Origin: Planctomycetota bacterium
GTDB lineage: Bacteria; Planctomycetota; UBA1135; UBA2386
DNA length: 64,000 nt
Reading direction: 5' to 3'
Assembly (NCBI GenBank): GCA_947501605.1
Contig: CANMWZ010000010.1
Span: 32,001 to 96,000 of the forward strand
Positions 27,642 to 38,238 of this stretch are shown here, one piece after another. The notes under the pieces were generated by a model. It was given only the letters and a program-made list of their open reading frames with translations, was not told where the DNA came from and did not search any database. The position numbers and the translations under genes are program-made. Position 1 is the stretch's first letter; the number at the start of each line of letters is the position of its first letter.

Positions 27642-29651
27642 ATGTCGCAAGAAACCTTCCTGCTGCTCGTTGCCCGCGATGGCCAGACGGAGACGCATGC
27701 ATTCCGTCAGGATGCGGTCACTATCGGCCGTTCGCATGAGTGCGACTTGGCCCTCCCGGATCGGCTGATCTCCCGAATGCACTGTCGCGTCGAGCGGGTG
27801 GACGAGGGCTTTGCGCTGGTCGACCTCGGGGCCCAGAACCCTGCCCGGCTGCGCAATCGGCCAGTGGTCCGCGCCGAGTTGCGCCCAGGGGATTCGTTCA
27901 CGATGGGCAGCTACGAGATCACGCTCTCGGTGCCAGCCGAGGAGCATGCCTCGATCGAGGACACCCGTCTGCACGGCGACGCGCGCAGCGCCCACGACCT
28001 TTCGACGTTCCTCTCGATCGCCAAGTCACTGAACGAAGAGCACCAACTGACGCGACTGCTCACGCAGATCGTCGATGCGGCGATCGAACTGGGCTCGGCC
28101 GAGCGGGGCTTCTTGATCCTGGCCAGCGGCGAGGACCACTCGGTCGAAGTTGCGCGGAACTTCGCGCAAGAAGAGGTGCTGTCGCCAGAACACAAGGTGT
28201 CGCGCACGATCGCGCGTCGAGTGCTCGAGTCCGGCGTCCCGGAGTTGACGACCAACGCGCAGCAGGATGATCGCTTCCGCGATCTGCAGTCGGTATCCGA
28301 TCTGCGGCTGCGCTCGGTGCTGTGCATGCCGATCCGCATCCAGGGCAAGGTCGGCGGCGTGCTCTACATCGACAACCGGCTACAGCAACAGGCCTTTGGG
28401 GAGCGCGAGAAGCAGTTGCTGACGTCGCTGTCGGACTATGCGGGCGTTGCGATCCAGAACGCGCGTACGCGCGAGGAAATCGAGCGCAAGACGCTCGACT
28501 TGCAGCAGGCGCTCGACCGGGTCGATCAGCTGAACGCGGCCTTGAAGGGCCAGCTGCAACAGAAGACGGCGGAGCTGAGTGAGATTCGTGAGGAACTCTC
28601 GTCGCAGAGCCACGGGCCGCGAACGAAGTACGACTACAAGCACATAGTCGGCACGGGGCGCGCGATGCGTGTCGTGTTCAACCTGCTCGACAAGTACATC
28701 GAGACCGATGATCCGGTGATGGTCGCTGGCGAATCCGGCACTGGCAAAGAGCTGGTCGCCCGCGCCATCCATTCACAGAGCCATCGGGCGCAGAAGCCGT
28801 TCATCAGCGAGAACTGCGCGGCGCTGCCCGAGTCCTTGCTCGAGAGCGAGTTGTTCGGTTACGTCAAAGGTGCCTTCACTGGGGCTACCGGCAACAAGAA
28901 GGGCCTGCTCGAACTCGCCGACGGTGGCGTGCTGTTCCTCGACGAGGTCGGAGATATGCCGCTCGACCTGCAGAAGAAGTTGCTGCGCGTGCTGCAAGAA
29001 GGCGAAGTGCGCCCGATTGGCGGCAGCGAGACCAAGAAGGTCGACGTGCGGTTGATCACGGCCACCAACCGGAATCTCGATGAGATGGTGAAGGAAGGCG
29101 ACTTCCGCGAGGACTTGTTCTATCGGATCTCGGTCCTGCCGATCACGCTGCCGCCACTGCGCGAGCGCCGCGAGGACATCCCGTTCCTCATCAAGCGGTT
29201 CCTCACCGACGTCATGCACCCGCAGCACGGACGTGTGCGACTGTCCGCCGAAGCGCTGCAGAAGCTGGTCGAGTTTCATTGGCCCGGCAACGTGCGCGAG
29301 CTGCAGAACGAGTTGCGGCGTGCGTCCGTTCTTTGCGATGGTCTGATTCTCGAGTCCCACCTGTCGCCGCAAGTTCGCTCCGGTGGCGGACCGCCCGTTG
29401 CTGACTTTGCCGATCACGGGCTCGTACCTGCCGAACGCGGCACGTCATTGCCCGACATGGTCACCGACCTCGAGGTGCGTGAGATCAAGAAGGCCTGGGC
29501 CAAAGCCCTCGGCAACAAGAGTCGCGCGGCGGACATGCTTGGCCTGTCGCGCTTCACGTTGCAGCGCAAGCTGGAGAAGTACGGCATGGATGCGGGCGGC
29601 GGCGAGGGCAGCAGTCGAGACGAAGCGGGCGAGGACCGCGCCCCGTCATGA
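27642..29651 (+). CDS. Sigma54-dependent activator with FHA and GAF input domains
   Basis: FHA (IGRS...ISRMH), GAF (AERG...SVLCMPI...GVLYID), AAA+ ([28 protein letters not shown]) and a Fis-type HTH. Confidence 0.93.
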   Translation: MSQETFLLLVARDGQTETHAFRQDAVTIGRSHECDLALPDRLISRMHCRVERVDEGFALVDLGAQNPARLRNRPVVRAELRPGDSFTMGSYEITLSVPAEEHASIEDTRLHGDARSAHDLSTFLSIAKSLNEEHQLTRLLTQIVDAAIELGSAERGFLILASGEDHSVEVARNFAQEEVLSPEHKVSRTIARRVLESGVPELTTNAQQDDRFRDLQSVSDLRLRSVLCMPIRIQGKVGGVLYIDNRLQQQAFGEREKQLLTSLSDYAGVAIQNARTREEIERKTLDLQQALDRVDQLNAALKGQLQQKTAELSEIREELSSQSHGPRTKYDYKHIVGTGRAMRVVFNLLDKYIETDDPVMVAGESGTGKELVARAIHSQSHRAQKPFISENCAALPESLLESELFGYVKGAFTGATGNKKGLLELADGGVLFLDEVGDMPLDLQKKLLRVLQEGEVRPIGGSETKKVDVRLITATNRNLDEMVKEGDFREDLFYRISVLPITLPPLRERREDIPFLIKRFLTDVMHPQHGRVRLSAEALQKLVEFHWPGNVRELQNELRRASVLCDGLILESHLSPQVRSGGGPPVADFADHGLVPAERGTSLPDMVTDLEVREIKKAWAKALGNKSRAADMLGLSRFTLQRKLEKYGMDAGGGEGSSRDEAGEDRAPS

Positions 29652-32600
29652 CCTTCGCGCAGCCCTTCCGCGAGTATGAGATCCTCGATCGCGTCGGCGC
29701 CGGGGCCATGGGGACCGTGTTCAAGGCACGGCACGGCAAGCTCGGGCGCATCGTCGCCCTCAAGGTGCTTCGTCCGTCGCTCGCGCGCGACAAGCGTTAC
29801 GTCGATCGACTGCGGCGCGAGGCGCGCATCGTCGCGGCGCTGAACCACCCCAACATCGTCACGGGCTACGACCTTGGTGAGGAAGGCGGCTACCACTACT
29901 TCGTCATGGAGTTTGTCGAAGGCCGTTCGCTCCGGTCGTTGCTGACGGAGTGGGGCATTTTCCCGGAGGACCAGGTTCTCAACGTCGCCATCCAGGTCGC
30001 GGCCGCGCTCGACCATGCCTTCCAGCGTGGTGTGATCCATCGCGACATCAAGCCAGGCAACATCCTCATCGACGAAGCGGGCGCGGTCAAAGTCACGGAC
30101 ATGGGGCTGGCCAAGGGCCCTGCCGACCTGGCGCTCACGCGCGATGGTTCGACGGTTGGAACGCCCCAGTACATTTCCCCGGAGCAGGCTCGCAACCCGC
30201 AGGATGCGGATGTGCGCAGCGACCTCTACTCGCTCGGCGCAACCCTGTACCACATGGCCACGGGCCAGCCGCCGTTCCAGGGAACGTCCTTGGCCGAGGT
30301 CATCACCCAGGTTTTGAACGACTCGCCGGTTGCACCGCGGGTCATCAACCGCGACCTCAGCGAGGGCATGGCGCTGGTCATTCGCAAGCTCCTGGCCAAG
30401 AGCCCGAAGCTTCGTTACCAGACACCACGTGAGTTGCTCGACGACCTCGATCGCGTCAAGAAGGAGCTGCCGCCGCAGGTCGACGAGAGTCGACTGTCGA
30501 CTGAAGACACCGACCGGCAACCAGCGTTGTTGCGCTGGTCTCTCGCGATCGTCGGTGCCGGCGCGTTGATTGCCTTCGGCTACTGGCTCGGTCTTGGGCG
30601 CGGCGACCTACCGACGACTCCTGGAACGCCCGATGCGTTTGTCGCCGCGTTGCGCGTCGAACTCGACGCGATGGACACACCTGGACAACAGTGGCTTCGC
30701 TACCTCGCACGGACGAAGGATGCGCCTTTTGGCGGCAGCGAGGCGCGGTTGCGGCTGCAGCGAGAGCTCGTTGCCGACCTGCAGACGGCAGTTGACACGC
30801 TGATTGCCGAGCTGCGTTCGTCCGGCTTCGCGCGCATCGCTGCCGATGTGCGCGACCCACAGCGCTGGCCCGAAGCCGCGGTCGTTGTCCGCGACCATGT
30901 CGGAACGTTGCTGCAATCCCGAGTCGGTCTGCTCCAGGACCAGCTACCGAATGGCGTCGTCGCGACCGAACTGGACCGCCTTCTGAACGACATCGACCAA
31001 CTGGTACGCCAGCGCGATCGCGCGCTTGTCGACCGCGCGCGCCTGCACCTCGAAGTCGAGCTTCCCTTGCGCGCGGAGGAGCGCGTGCGACAGCGGGACT
31101 TCAGCGGGGCGGAGCGCCTGTGGCGCGAAGGCTTCGTCGGCTTCTTCGATGGACTGCGGCAGCCGTTGCCGGAGCGGCTGGCGACGCCGCAGCGGCAAGC
31201 TCTCGAAGACAAGTTCGAACGGCTGCGCACTGTGGGCTTGGCGCAGCTCGATGCCGCGGAGCAGCTGACGCTCGCGGCCTTGCGCTTCGAGGCCGCCGAA
31301 GGTGCGAGAACCTTGCGCGCAGGGCTGGCTGCCGCAGCCGATCTCGACGGCGAGTTGCGGCGCGTACTGCTCTTGGCTTCGCGATTTCGCGAGCAGCTTG
31401 CCGCGGCGTATCCGCAGCCGGGTCGATTTCGGGCAGCCACCGATCCTTGGCAAGAGATCGCTGCCGCCGCGACCGCGTTGGAGCGCGAGGTGGACGAGCG
31501 GTTGACGGCGGCGATTCGTCGTCACGAGAACCAGCTTGCGGATCTGGCGTGGCGCGCATTCGTCGACGGCGATGCCGCGGCTGGCCTCTCGGTGTTGCCT
31601 CCACCTTCGAGCCCTGGTGCGGACCAGGTGGACTGGACCGAGGCACATCGAACGGCGTTGCGCGCCGCCGACGCGGTCGCGCGCGCCTGCGTCGAGGCGC
31701 TGCAAAAGGCCGCACCGCCGATCCCGGGCTACCCGCGTAACGGCGGCGTCCCGGTGGAACTGCGCGCCGGAGCGGATGGGCGACTCGATGCCCGCGCGGT
31801 GGGCGGCACTTGGCGACAGGTGCAGTTGCAGGAGTTCCGGTTTGGCGACTTGTTGCAGCGCGCCATGGCGGCGAGTCCGGAGCGTATGCAAGCGATCCCT
31901 GCTGACGATTTGCGCATCGGACGGACGGTGCTAGCGATGGCCTGCGATCAGCTCGATGTCCTCGCGGCGGACCTGCCGGCCGGGGATCGGACCTTCCTTC
32001 GGGACGACGTCTGGCCGCGGCTGCTGCGCATGCGCAATGAGCCATCAGGCCGCGGCGAGGAGCGTGCCGTTGCGTTGCAGCGCCTGCGTGAGGCGCACAC
32101 TCGCGCTATCACGCAACGGGACTTGCGCGAGCTCGAAGCCGTGTTGACGCAGTGGCAGATGGGGTTCGCCAGCGACGCCTCGGCCGCAGAGCGCTCGATT
32201 GCGACGGAGGCGGCCCACTTCATCAGCCGCGAGGGCATTCGCCAACTTCGTCAGGCCGAACTCACGCTGCGCGCCCCGGCAGACTCGACCGTGACCGTTG
32301 TCGATCAAGGCAACTCGCTCCAGTCCGAGGTGCAGATCCCGGCCCCGGCGCTCCGCAACGCTGGGGATGGCTGGCAACTGCGCAGCGGTCGCCTCGAGTA
32401 CGCGTGCGCGGTACCGCGGTGGCGGGATGTCCGCGAGCATCGTCTCGATGTCGACCCCGGCTTTGGCCCTGCGGTTGCGGACTGCAGTGCGGAGCTCGAG
32501 TTCGCGATGCCCGCGATCACCGAGGGCCAGCGTCTCTACGTACTGCAGTTCCACGGCATTGCCTGTGTGGTGTTCGCGACTGCGGACGACCGCTGGCTTG

Positions 32601-32953
32601 CTGGCATCGTCGAAGGCGATGCGCTGAAGGCTCAGGATGTTGCCGCGGCGTTGCAGCGAGCGGTGCACGCCACGGCCGACCGACGGGGGGCTTCGATCGC
32701 CGGTTCCGCTGCCGCTGGCGGCGCGGAGCAACACCAGGGACGGCCGTCGGCCCTGCCGCTCGCGGTGCATCGGTTGCGCTTCTCGCTCCAGTGCGCGCCA
32801 TCGCGTCGTACGGCCGCCGCAGTGGTGACCATCGATGGAGCGGAACTTTGCCGGCAGTTCGTGCCGTTCGAGCAAGGTCGCTCGTCGGGGCTGTTGCTCT
32901 ACCCAATGCAGGAACTGTCGGTGCGTTCGGTTCGGTTCCGCGCCATCGACTGA
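29648..32953 (+). CDS. Membrane Ser/Thr protein kinase with a large extracytoplasmic C-terminus
   Basis: GAGAMG, VALK, HRDIKPGN, DMG, GTPQYISPEQ and DLYSLG, followed by one TM helix. The start overlaps the activator stop (ATGA). Confidence 0.93.
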   Translation: MTFAQPFREYEILDRVGAGAMGTVFKARHGKLGRIVALKVLRPSLARDKRYVDRLRREARIVAALNHPNIVTGYDLGEEGGYHYFVMEFVEGRSLRSLLTEWGIFPEDQVLNVAIQVAAALDHAFQRGVIHRDIKPGNILIDEAGAVKVTDMGLAKGPADLALTRDGSTVGTPQYISPEQARNPQDADVRSDLYSLGATLYHMATGQPPFQGTSLAEVITQVLNDSPVAPRVINRDLSEGMALVIRKLLAKSPKLRYQTPRELLDDLDRVKKELPPQVDESRLSTEDTDRQPALLRWSLAIVGAGALIAFGYWLGLGRGDLPTTPGTPDAFVAALRVELDAMDTPGQQWLRYLARTKDAPFGGSEARLRLQRELVADLQTAVDTLIAELRSSGFARIAADVRDPQRWPEAAVVVRDHVGTLLQSRVGLLQDQLPNGVVATELDRLLNDIDQLVRQRDRALVDRARLHLEVELPLRAEERVRQRDFSGAERLWREGFVGFFDGLRQPLPERLATPQRQALEDKFERLRTVGLAQLDAAEQLTLAALRFEAAEGARTLRAGLAAAADLDGELRRVLLLASRFREQLAAAYPQPGRFRAATDPWQEIAAAATALEREVDERLTAAIRRHENQLADLAWRAFVDGDAAAGLSVLPPPSSPGADQVDWTEAHRTALRAADAVARACVEALQKAAPPIPGYPRNGGVPVELRAGADGRLDARAVGGTWRQVQLQEFRFGDLLQRAMAASPERMQAIPADDLRIGRTVLAMACDQLDVLAADLPAGDRTFLRDDVWPRLLRMRNEPSGRGEERAVALQRLREAHTRAITQRDLRELEAVLTQWQMGFASDASAAERSIATEAAHFISREGIRQLRQAELTLRAPADSTVTVVDQGNSLQSEVQIPAPALRNAGDGWQLRSGRLEYACAVPRWRDVREHRLDVDPGFGPAVADCSAELEFAMPAITEGQRLYVLQFHGIACVVFATADDRWLAGIVEGDALKAQDVAAALQRAVHATADRRGASIAGSAAAGGAEQHQGRPSALPLAVHRLRFSLQCAPSRRTAAAVVTIDGAELCRQFVPFEQGRSSGLLLYPMQELSVRSVRFRAID

Positions 32954-32968
32954 AGGGCGTTCCCTGAC

Positions 32969-34183
32969 TCAGCGCGCCGGGGCGGCAAGCGCATCGGGCC
33001 ACCAGCGCTGCCTAGTGCCAGCCAGCCAATCCTGACCTTCGCGCCGCCACCGGCGCAGCATCGGTTGCGGCACGATTGCGAGCAGCAGCCGCGCACCTGC
33101 TCGGTCCGCGAGGGCGCGCTGCCCAGCGCGTTCGAAATCCTGCGCGAGTAACTGGTCCACGGTCCATCCCACCCCGTACTCGCGCAGCAAGAGCGCCGTG
33201 CCGAGCGAACCCCTGGTGTCGCCGCTGGTCTCCTGCAGTTGATGCCGCAGCAGTAGATCCGCGATGGGATCTGGATCCGAGGTCCGCGCCGCGAGTGCCA
33301 GCGCCCGGGCCGAGGCTTCGCAGCCGCGGTCGAGTTGTACGAGTGCGGCATCGCGCAGGCTGCTGCCGTCTGGGCTGCGCAATCGCGCCTCGGCTCGCTC
33401 GGCGCCGAGAGCGGCCATCGTCCGCGCAAGGGGATCCTCGGCACTGCGACTAGCCTTTGCGAGTCGATCGGCCGCTTGCTCGTCGAAGCCAAGCGCTTCC
33501 TCGAGTCTCCCGAGGGCATGGTCGAGCTGCGAGAGGTGCGGCGCATCGGCCTTCGCCTGCTGCAAGGCGCTGCGCGCGGCCAGAGGGTCGCCGTGTTCGA
33601 CCTGTTGCCGGGCAAGCCGGATCAGCAACTGGGCGCGCCATGGCGAGTGGTGCGCGCAACATGGGCGCAGCATCGGATCTTCGCCTCGCGCGATGCCGAC
33701 GGCGAAGCTCGTGGCGGCGTTCAGATGACGAACGAGGGCCGCATCATCGAACCCAGTCGAGGTGCACTCCACGCTCGGACCGGAGGCTCCTTCGCGCACG
33801 AGCACGACGACTTCCGCGTCGGGGTGTTGGAACCCGAGCAGACCGCGGGCCAGTTGGTAGTCCACTCGGTTCGGCAGCTCATGGTCGCTGGCGGGCGTCG
33901 CCAGCAATCGGCCGGCCGCCTTGGCTGTCCAACGACCATCCTCGCGGCGTTGGTAACGAATCTCGAAGAGGCCATCGTGCCGACGCGTTGCCGGCGCCAT
34001 GGCGTGATAGGGCAGTGGGTCGGATCCGGGAAACTCGTTGCGGCACGCATCGGCGCACAGCCATGCGACGAACTCCACGGGCACCGAGTCCGCATGGGCA
34101 GTGGCCGTGCGCGGGACAGTGCTGCACGCCGACCCTGCAAACAGCAGGGCTAGTGCTTTCAGCGTATGGAAGCGCGGATGCAT
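32969..34183 (-). CDS. Lipoprotein with TPR-like repeats
   Basis: Lipobox AGSA-C and helical TPR-like repeats in the C-terminal half. Start is 34183 or 34189. Confidence 0.65.
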   Translation of the reverse strand: MHPRFHTLKALALLFAGSACSTVPRTATAHADSVPVEFVAWLCADACRNEFPGSDPLPYHAMAPATRRHDGLFEIRYQRREDGRWTAKAAGRLLATPASDHELPNRVDYQLARGLLGFQHPDAEVVVLVREGASGPSVECTSTGFDDAALVRHLNAATSFAVGIARGEDPMLRPCCAHHSPWRAQLLIRLARQQVEHGDPLAARSALQQAKADAPHLSQLDHALGRLEEALGFDEQAADRLAKASRSAEDPLARTMAALGAERAEARLRSPDGSSLRDAALVQLDRGCEASARALALAARTSDPDPIADLLLRHQLQETSGDTRGSLGTALLLREYGVGWTVDQLLAQDFERAGQRALADRAGARLLLAIVPQPMLRRWRREGQDWLAGTRQRWWPDALAAPAR

Positions 34184-34300
34184 CGACACGCGACCCGATC
34201 GGGATGCGCAGTGGGTGCCTTGAGTCCCGCGTTGATGCAGCCACGGGGTCCATCGCGAATGCCCACCGCGAACGTCGAACTGCGGCCCCTCGCACTGGCG

Positions 34301-34684
34301 TCAGCCGCGACCCTCGGCGATTGCGACGGCGAAGGCGGTGTCCTCATTGTGGGAAATACTGAGGTGCACGCGGGTGATGCCAAGTGCTTTCGCGCGGGCG
34401 CGCGCCGCACCGTGCAGCACAACACGCAGCGCGCCGCTGGCTTCGCGAACCACTTCGATCGACAGCGGCGTGATACCCAACGAGAAGCCGGTACCGAGGC
34501 ACTTTGCGACCGCCTCCTTGGCGCACCAGCGTGCGGCCAGTGCTGCGAAGGGGCGCGCCTGTTGTTCGCAGTAGGCCCCTTCTCGATCGGTGCACACTCG
34601 GGCCAGGATTCGGCCTTGGGATCTCTGCCACAGCCCGGCGAAACGCGCGATCGTGGCGTGGTCAGTGCCGACGGCGACGATCAT
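34301..34684 (-). CDS. acpS: Holo-ACP synthase (4'-phosphopantetheinyl transferase)
   Basis: MIVAVGTD, LAARWCAKEAVAKCLGTG and VHLSISH. The start at 34684 overlaps the upstream stop. Confidence 0.92.
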   Translation of the reverse strand: MIVAVGTDHATIARFAGLWQRSQGRILARVCTDREGAYCEQQARPFAALAARWCAKEAVAKCLGTGFSLGITPLSIEVVREASGALRVVLHGAARARAKALGITRVHLSISHNEDTAFAVAIAEGRG

Positions 34685-35166
34685 GGTCGCAGCTCCATCG
34701 CAGTCACAGTGAAGGGCACGCGGTGCATGCCGTACTCGTCGGCCCACCAGAACGTGACTTCGAAGCTGCCGTCTGTTCGCGCGGCGGCAATGCCCTGCAG
34801 GCAGTGGCGCCAAGCTTCGACCCGGTCGATCGCCGACGGCTGTGCTGGACCGTGGGGATGGCTGTGCGCGAACCCGAGCCACGAGAGGCCGCGGCGCTCC
34901 GTTTGGGCGACGGCCTGGGCGAACGCGATCGGATCGAAGCGGAATCGCGAGCGCGGTTCGGTGGCCAAGTTGTCGAGTGCAGCGAATGCAGTGAGTCGCC
35001 AGGCGTCGTCGTCGCGCCGACCGACGAGCAGGCCGCCAACCTCGCACTGCCCGCCAAGTCGGACGGCGTCGCCGAGGATCGTCAGAACCGCGGGTTCGAC
35101 GGCGAGGGCTCGCGGTTGCGAGGGTGGCACTAGGTGCCGTGCCTCGCCTTCAAGTTGAGCTCGCAT
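34681..35166 (-). CDS. JAB/MPN (M67) metallopeptidase, Mec-like
   Basis: EVGGLLVG plus the JAMM motif HSHP...PS..D. Start uncertain. Confidence 0.85.
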   Translation of the reverse strand: MRAQLEGEARHLVPPSQPRALAVEPAVLTILGDAVRLGGQCEVGGLLVGRRDDDAWRLTAFAALDNLATEPRSRFRFDPIAFAQAVAQTERRGLSWLGFAHSHPHGPAQPSAIDRVEAWRHCLQGIAAARTDGSFEVTFWWADEYGMHRVPFTVTAMELRP

Positions 35167-35254
35167 TGGAGCCGCGGAGCATAGCGGCGACCACGTCGCT
35201 GCATCGACCAGCTCGTTGCGAAGGGCTACCGTAGTGAGGCTCGCGAGAACCCGC

Positions 35255-36427
35255 ATGGACGAACCCCTCTACGGCACGCCAATCCCGCACCACACGCCGA
35301 CCGGACCGCTGTCGCCACCGCTGGCGCGCGCAACGACCTCAGCGCAACCAGATGCCGAGACCCTTCGACTGCTGGGAGCCGGACAGCGGAGTGGTGAGTT
35401 CTATCAACGACTGGGGCACACCAACGGCCGCATGTTCGAGAGCCTTGCGGCCGCCCGTGAGGGCGCCGACGGCGCCGTGGCGTTCAGCAGTGGGATGGCC
35501 GCGATCAGCGGCGCGATGCTGGCGCTGGTGCGGCGCGGGGATCGGGTGCTCATCCCGCACGAGGTCTATGGTGGCACCGCGGCGTTCGTCACGCAGGACC
35601 TTCCGCGATTTGGCATCGAGGTCGAGCGCTTTCACTCGCTCGATGACGCGGGCCTGGAAGCGGGCCTCGCGCGCGGCGCGCGTCTCGTGGTGCTCGAGAC
35701 GCCGGTCAATCCGACGCTGCGGCTGGTCGATCTCGCCGTGACCACAGCCAGATGTCGCGCCCATGGCGCCATCACGTTGGTCGACGGCACCTTTGCGCCG
35801 CCGCCGATCCAACGTCCGCTTCAACTTGGTGCGGATCTGGTGGTGCACTCGGCAACCAAGTTCTACGGCGGTCACTCGGATGTGCTGGCGGGCGTGGTAG
35901 CTGGACGGCATGAACTGATGCGGCCCATCGAGGCCTTTCGTCGGCGCACGGGCGGAGTGCTGGCTCCGGATCCCGCCTGGCTGCTGTGCCGTTCGTGGGC
36001 GACGCTCGATCTGCGCCTGGCGGCACAGCAGGCCGCCTCGCTCGAGCTGGCTGTTGGATTGCAGCGACTGTGCGACGAAGGCGAACTTGCGGCTGCGATC
36101 TACCCTGGCCTACCGCAGCATCCCGATCGCGCGCTGGCGCAGCGGCAGATGCAGGGGGGCGGCACTCTGGTCAGCTTCGAAGTGCACGGCGGCCACGACC
36201 GGGCGCGGCGCGTGTTCGACGCGCTCCAAGTCGTGGCGCGAGCTGCCTCGCTCGGTTCCGTGGAGTCCCTGGCCTCCCTTCCCGCCTACACCACGCACGC
36301 ATCGCTCAGCGCGGCCGAACGGCACGCGGCTGGTATCCCCGACGGGCTGCTGCGCATCTCTGTGGGATTGGAAGGCGCGGCCGTGCTGCTGGCGGACATC
36401 GCGTCGGCGCTTCGCCGCACTCGTTGA
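35255..36427 (+). CDS. PLP-dependent trans-sulfuration enzyme (cystathionine gamma-synthase / methionine gamma-lyase family)
   Basis: YQRLG, FSSGMAAI, YGGT, ETPVNP, HSATKFYGGHSD (PLP lysine), SLGSVESL and RISVGLE. Confidence 0.92.
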   Translation: MDEPLYGTPIPHHTPTGPLSPPLARATTSAQPDAETLRLLGAGQRSGEFYQRLGHTNGRMFESLAAAREGADGAVAFSSGMAAISGAMLALVRRGDRVLIPHEVYGGTAAFVTQDLPRFGIEVERFHSLDDAGLEAGLARGARLVVLETPVNPTLRLVDLAVTTARCRAHGAITLVDGTFAPPPIQRPLQLGADLVVHSATKFYGGHSDVLAGVVAGRHELMRPIEAFRRRTGGVLAPDPAWLLCRSWATLDLRLAAQQAASLELAVGLQRLCDEGELAAAIYPGLPQHPDRALAQRQMQGGGTLVSFEVHGGHDRARRVFDALQVVARAASLGSVESLASLPAYTTHASLSAAERHAAGIPDGLLRISVGLEGAAVLLADIASALRRTR

Positions 36428-36466
36428 GTCGTTGCGCCCACGCCCGCGGTGCGCGAATCTGCGCGT

Positions 36467-38110
36467 ATGGTCGAGACTTATCGTTCGCCCCGCGGTTCCC
36501 AACTCACGTGCGCCAACTGGCAGATCGAGGCTGCCTATCGGATGGTCCAGAACAACCTGGATCCCGACGTTGCTGAAGACCCGGCGAACCTGATCGTCTA
36601 CGGCGGTCTCGGCAAGGCCGCACGCAACCACGAGGCGCTGCACAAGATCCTGGCGACTCTCAGGCGACTGCAACCTGACCAGACGATGCTCGTGCAGTCC
36701 GGCAAGTGCGTCGGCGTGATGCAGTCGCATGTCGATGCTCCGCGCGTGTTGTTGGCGAACAGCAACTTGGTCGGTGACTGGGCCACTTGGGACGAGTTCC
36801 GCCGGCTCGATGCGCTTGGTCTGATGATGTACGGGCAGATGACGGCCGGGAGTTGGATCTACATCGGCAGCCAAGGCATTGTGCAGGGCACCTACGAGAC
36901 CTTCGTTGCCGCGGGCAAGCGTCACTTCGGCGGGGACCTCTCGGGTCGACTCGTGGTGACTGCGGGCCTCGGGGGTATGGGGGGGGCGCAACCATTGGCC
37001 GTCACGATGGCGGGGGGCGTCTGTCTCGCCGCCGATGTCGACGGCACGCGCATCGACAAGCGCCTGCACACACGCTACCTCGACGAGCGCATCGATGACC
37101 CCAAGCAGGCGCTGCAGCGAGCGCTCGAGATGCGGGCGCAGAAGAAGGCCTGGTCGATCGGCGTTGCCTGTAACGCGACGCAACTGCTGACCATCGTGCG
37201 CGACGCCGGTGTCGTGCCGGATCTGCTGACCGACCAGACTTCGGCCCATGACATGCTGGTCGGCTATGTGCCCGATGGCATGTCGCTCGAACAGGCGAAC
37301 CTCCTTCGTCAGCGCGACCAGAAGGCCTACCAGCGGGAGTCCTCACGCACCGTGTGCAAGCACGTCGCGCTGATGCTCGATCTGCAGGAGCGCGGGGCGA
37401 TCACCTTCGACTATGGCAACAACATCCGCACCGAGGCTCGCGATGGGGGCGTCGCGGAGGCCTTCCGCATCAAGGGCTTCATCCCGGAGTACATCCGACC
37501 GCTGTTCTGCTCGGGGCGTGGCCCGTTCCGATGGGTAGCGCTCAGCGGTGAGACGTCGGACATTGCCAAGACCGACGCTTTGGCACTGAAGATGTTCTCC
37601 GCGAATGCATCGCTACGGACGTGGATCGAGAAGGCGCAGGCGCGCATTGCGTTCCAGGGCCTGCCGGCACGCATCCTGTGGCTCGGCTATGGCGAGCGCG
37701 CAGCGTTTGGACTTGCCGTCAACGATATGGTGCGGAAGGGGGAGCTGAAGGCCCCCGTCGTGTTCGGTCGCGACCATCTGGACTGCGGCTCCGTCGCTTC
37801 GCCCTACCGCGAAACCGAGGCGATGAAGGACGGCAGCGATGCGATCGCCGACTGGCCGTTGCTCAACGCGATGGGCAACGTGGCCTCGGGCGCCACCTGG
37901 GTGTCCATTCACCATGGCGGCGGCGTCGGCATCGGCAAGTCGATTCACTCGGGGCAGGTCTCGGTTGCCGACGGTACGGAGTCCGCCGAACGGAGACTAC
38001 GCCGCGTGCTCAACTTCGATCCAGCCTCCGGCGTCATGCGCCACGCCGATGCGGGCTACGAAGCGGCCGAGATCTTTGCCCGCGAGCGGTCGATTGACCT
38101 CGGCGGCTGA
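36467..38110 (+). CDS. hutU: Urocanate hydratase
   Basis: [53 protein letters not shown] and HHGGGVG. Confidence 0.98.
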   Translation: MVETYRSPRGSQLTCANWQIEAAYRMVQNNLDPDVAEDPANLIVYGGLGKAARNHEALHKILATLRRLQPDQTMLVQSGKCVGVMQSHVDAPRVLLANSNLVGDWATWDEFRRLDALGLMMYGQMTAGSWIYIGSQGIVQGTYETFVAAGKRHFGGDLSGRLVVTAGLGGMGGAQPLAVTMAGGVCLAADVDGTRIDKRLHTRYLDERIDDPKQALQRALEMRAQKKAWSIGVACNATQLLTIVRDAGVVPDLLTDQTSAHDMLVGYVPDGMSLEQANLLRQRDQKAYQRESSRTVCKHVALMLDLQERGAITFDYGNNIRTEARDGGVAEAFRIKGFIPEYIRPLFCSGRGPFRWVALSGETSDIAKTDALALKMFSANASLRTWIEKAQARIAFQGLPARILWLGYGERAAFGLAVNDMVRKGELKAPVVFGRDHLDCGSVASPYRETEAMKDGSDAIADWPLLNAMGNVASGATWVSIHHGGGVGIGKSIHSGQVSVADGTESAERRLRRVLNFDPASGVMRHADAGYEAAEIFARERSIDLGG

Positions 38111-38238
38111 GTCTGGCGGCACGCCCGACTTGCCCGGTCCGGCCCCGCTCGTATTCAGGCGCTGACACGGGCATCGCAGGCGACCGTTCGTGCTTTGCGC
38201 AGCGAAGGAAAAGTCTTGGTGGGGAGAAGTCCGACAAG

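Noticed and set aside
1..34684. Functional link between acpH and acpS
   Set aside because: They are 34 kb apart in unrelated operons, with no ACP, PKS or NRPS genes in the window.
34681..35166. JAB protein as part of CBASS/Bil anti-phage defence
   Set aside because: No CD-NTase, E1/E2 or ubiquitin-like genes nearby. The context is housekeeping.
36979..36986. Poly-G tract as a phase-variation site in hutU
   Set aside because: It encodes the conserved GGMGGAQP motif and the frame is intact.
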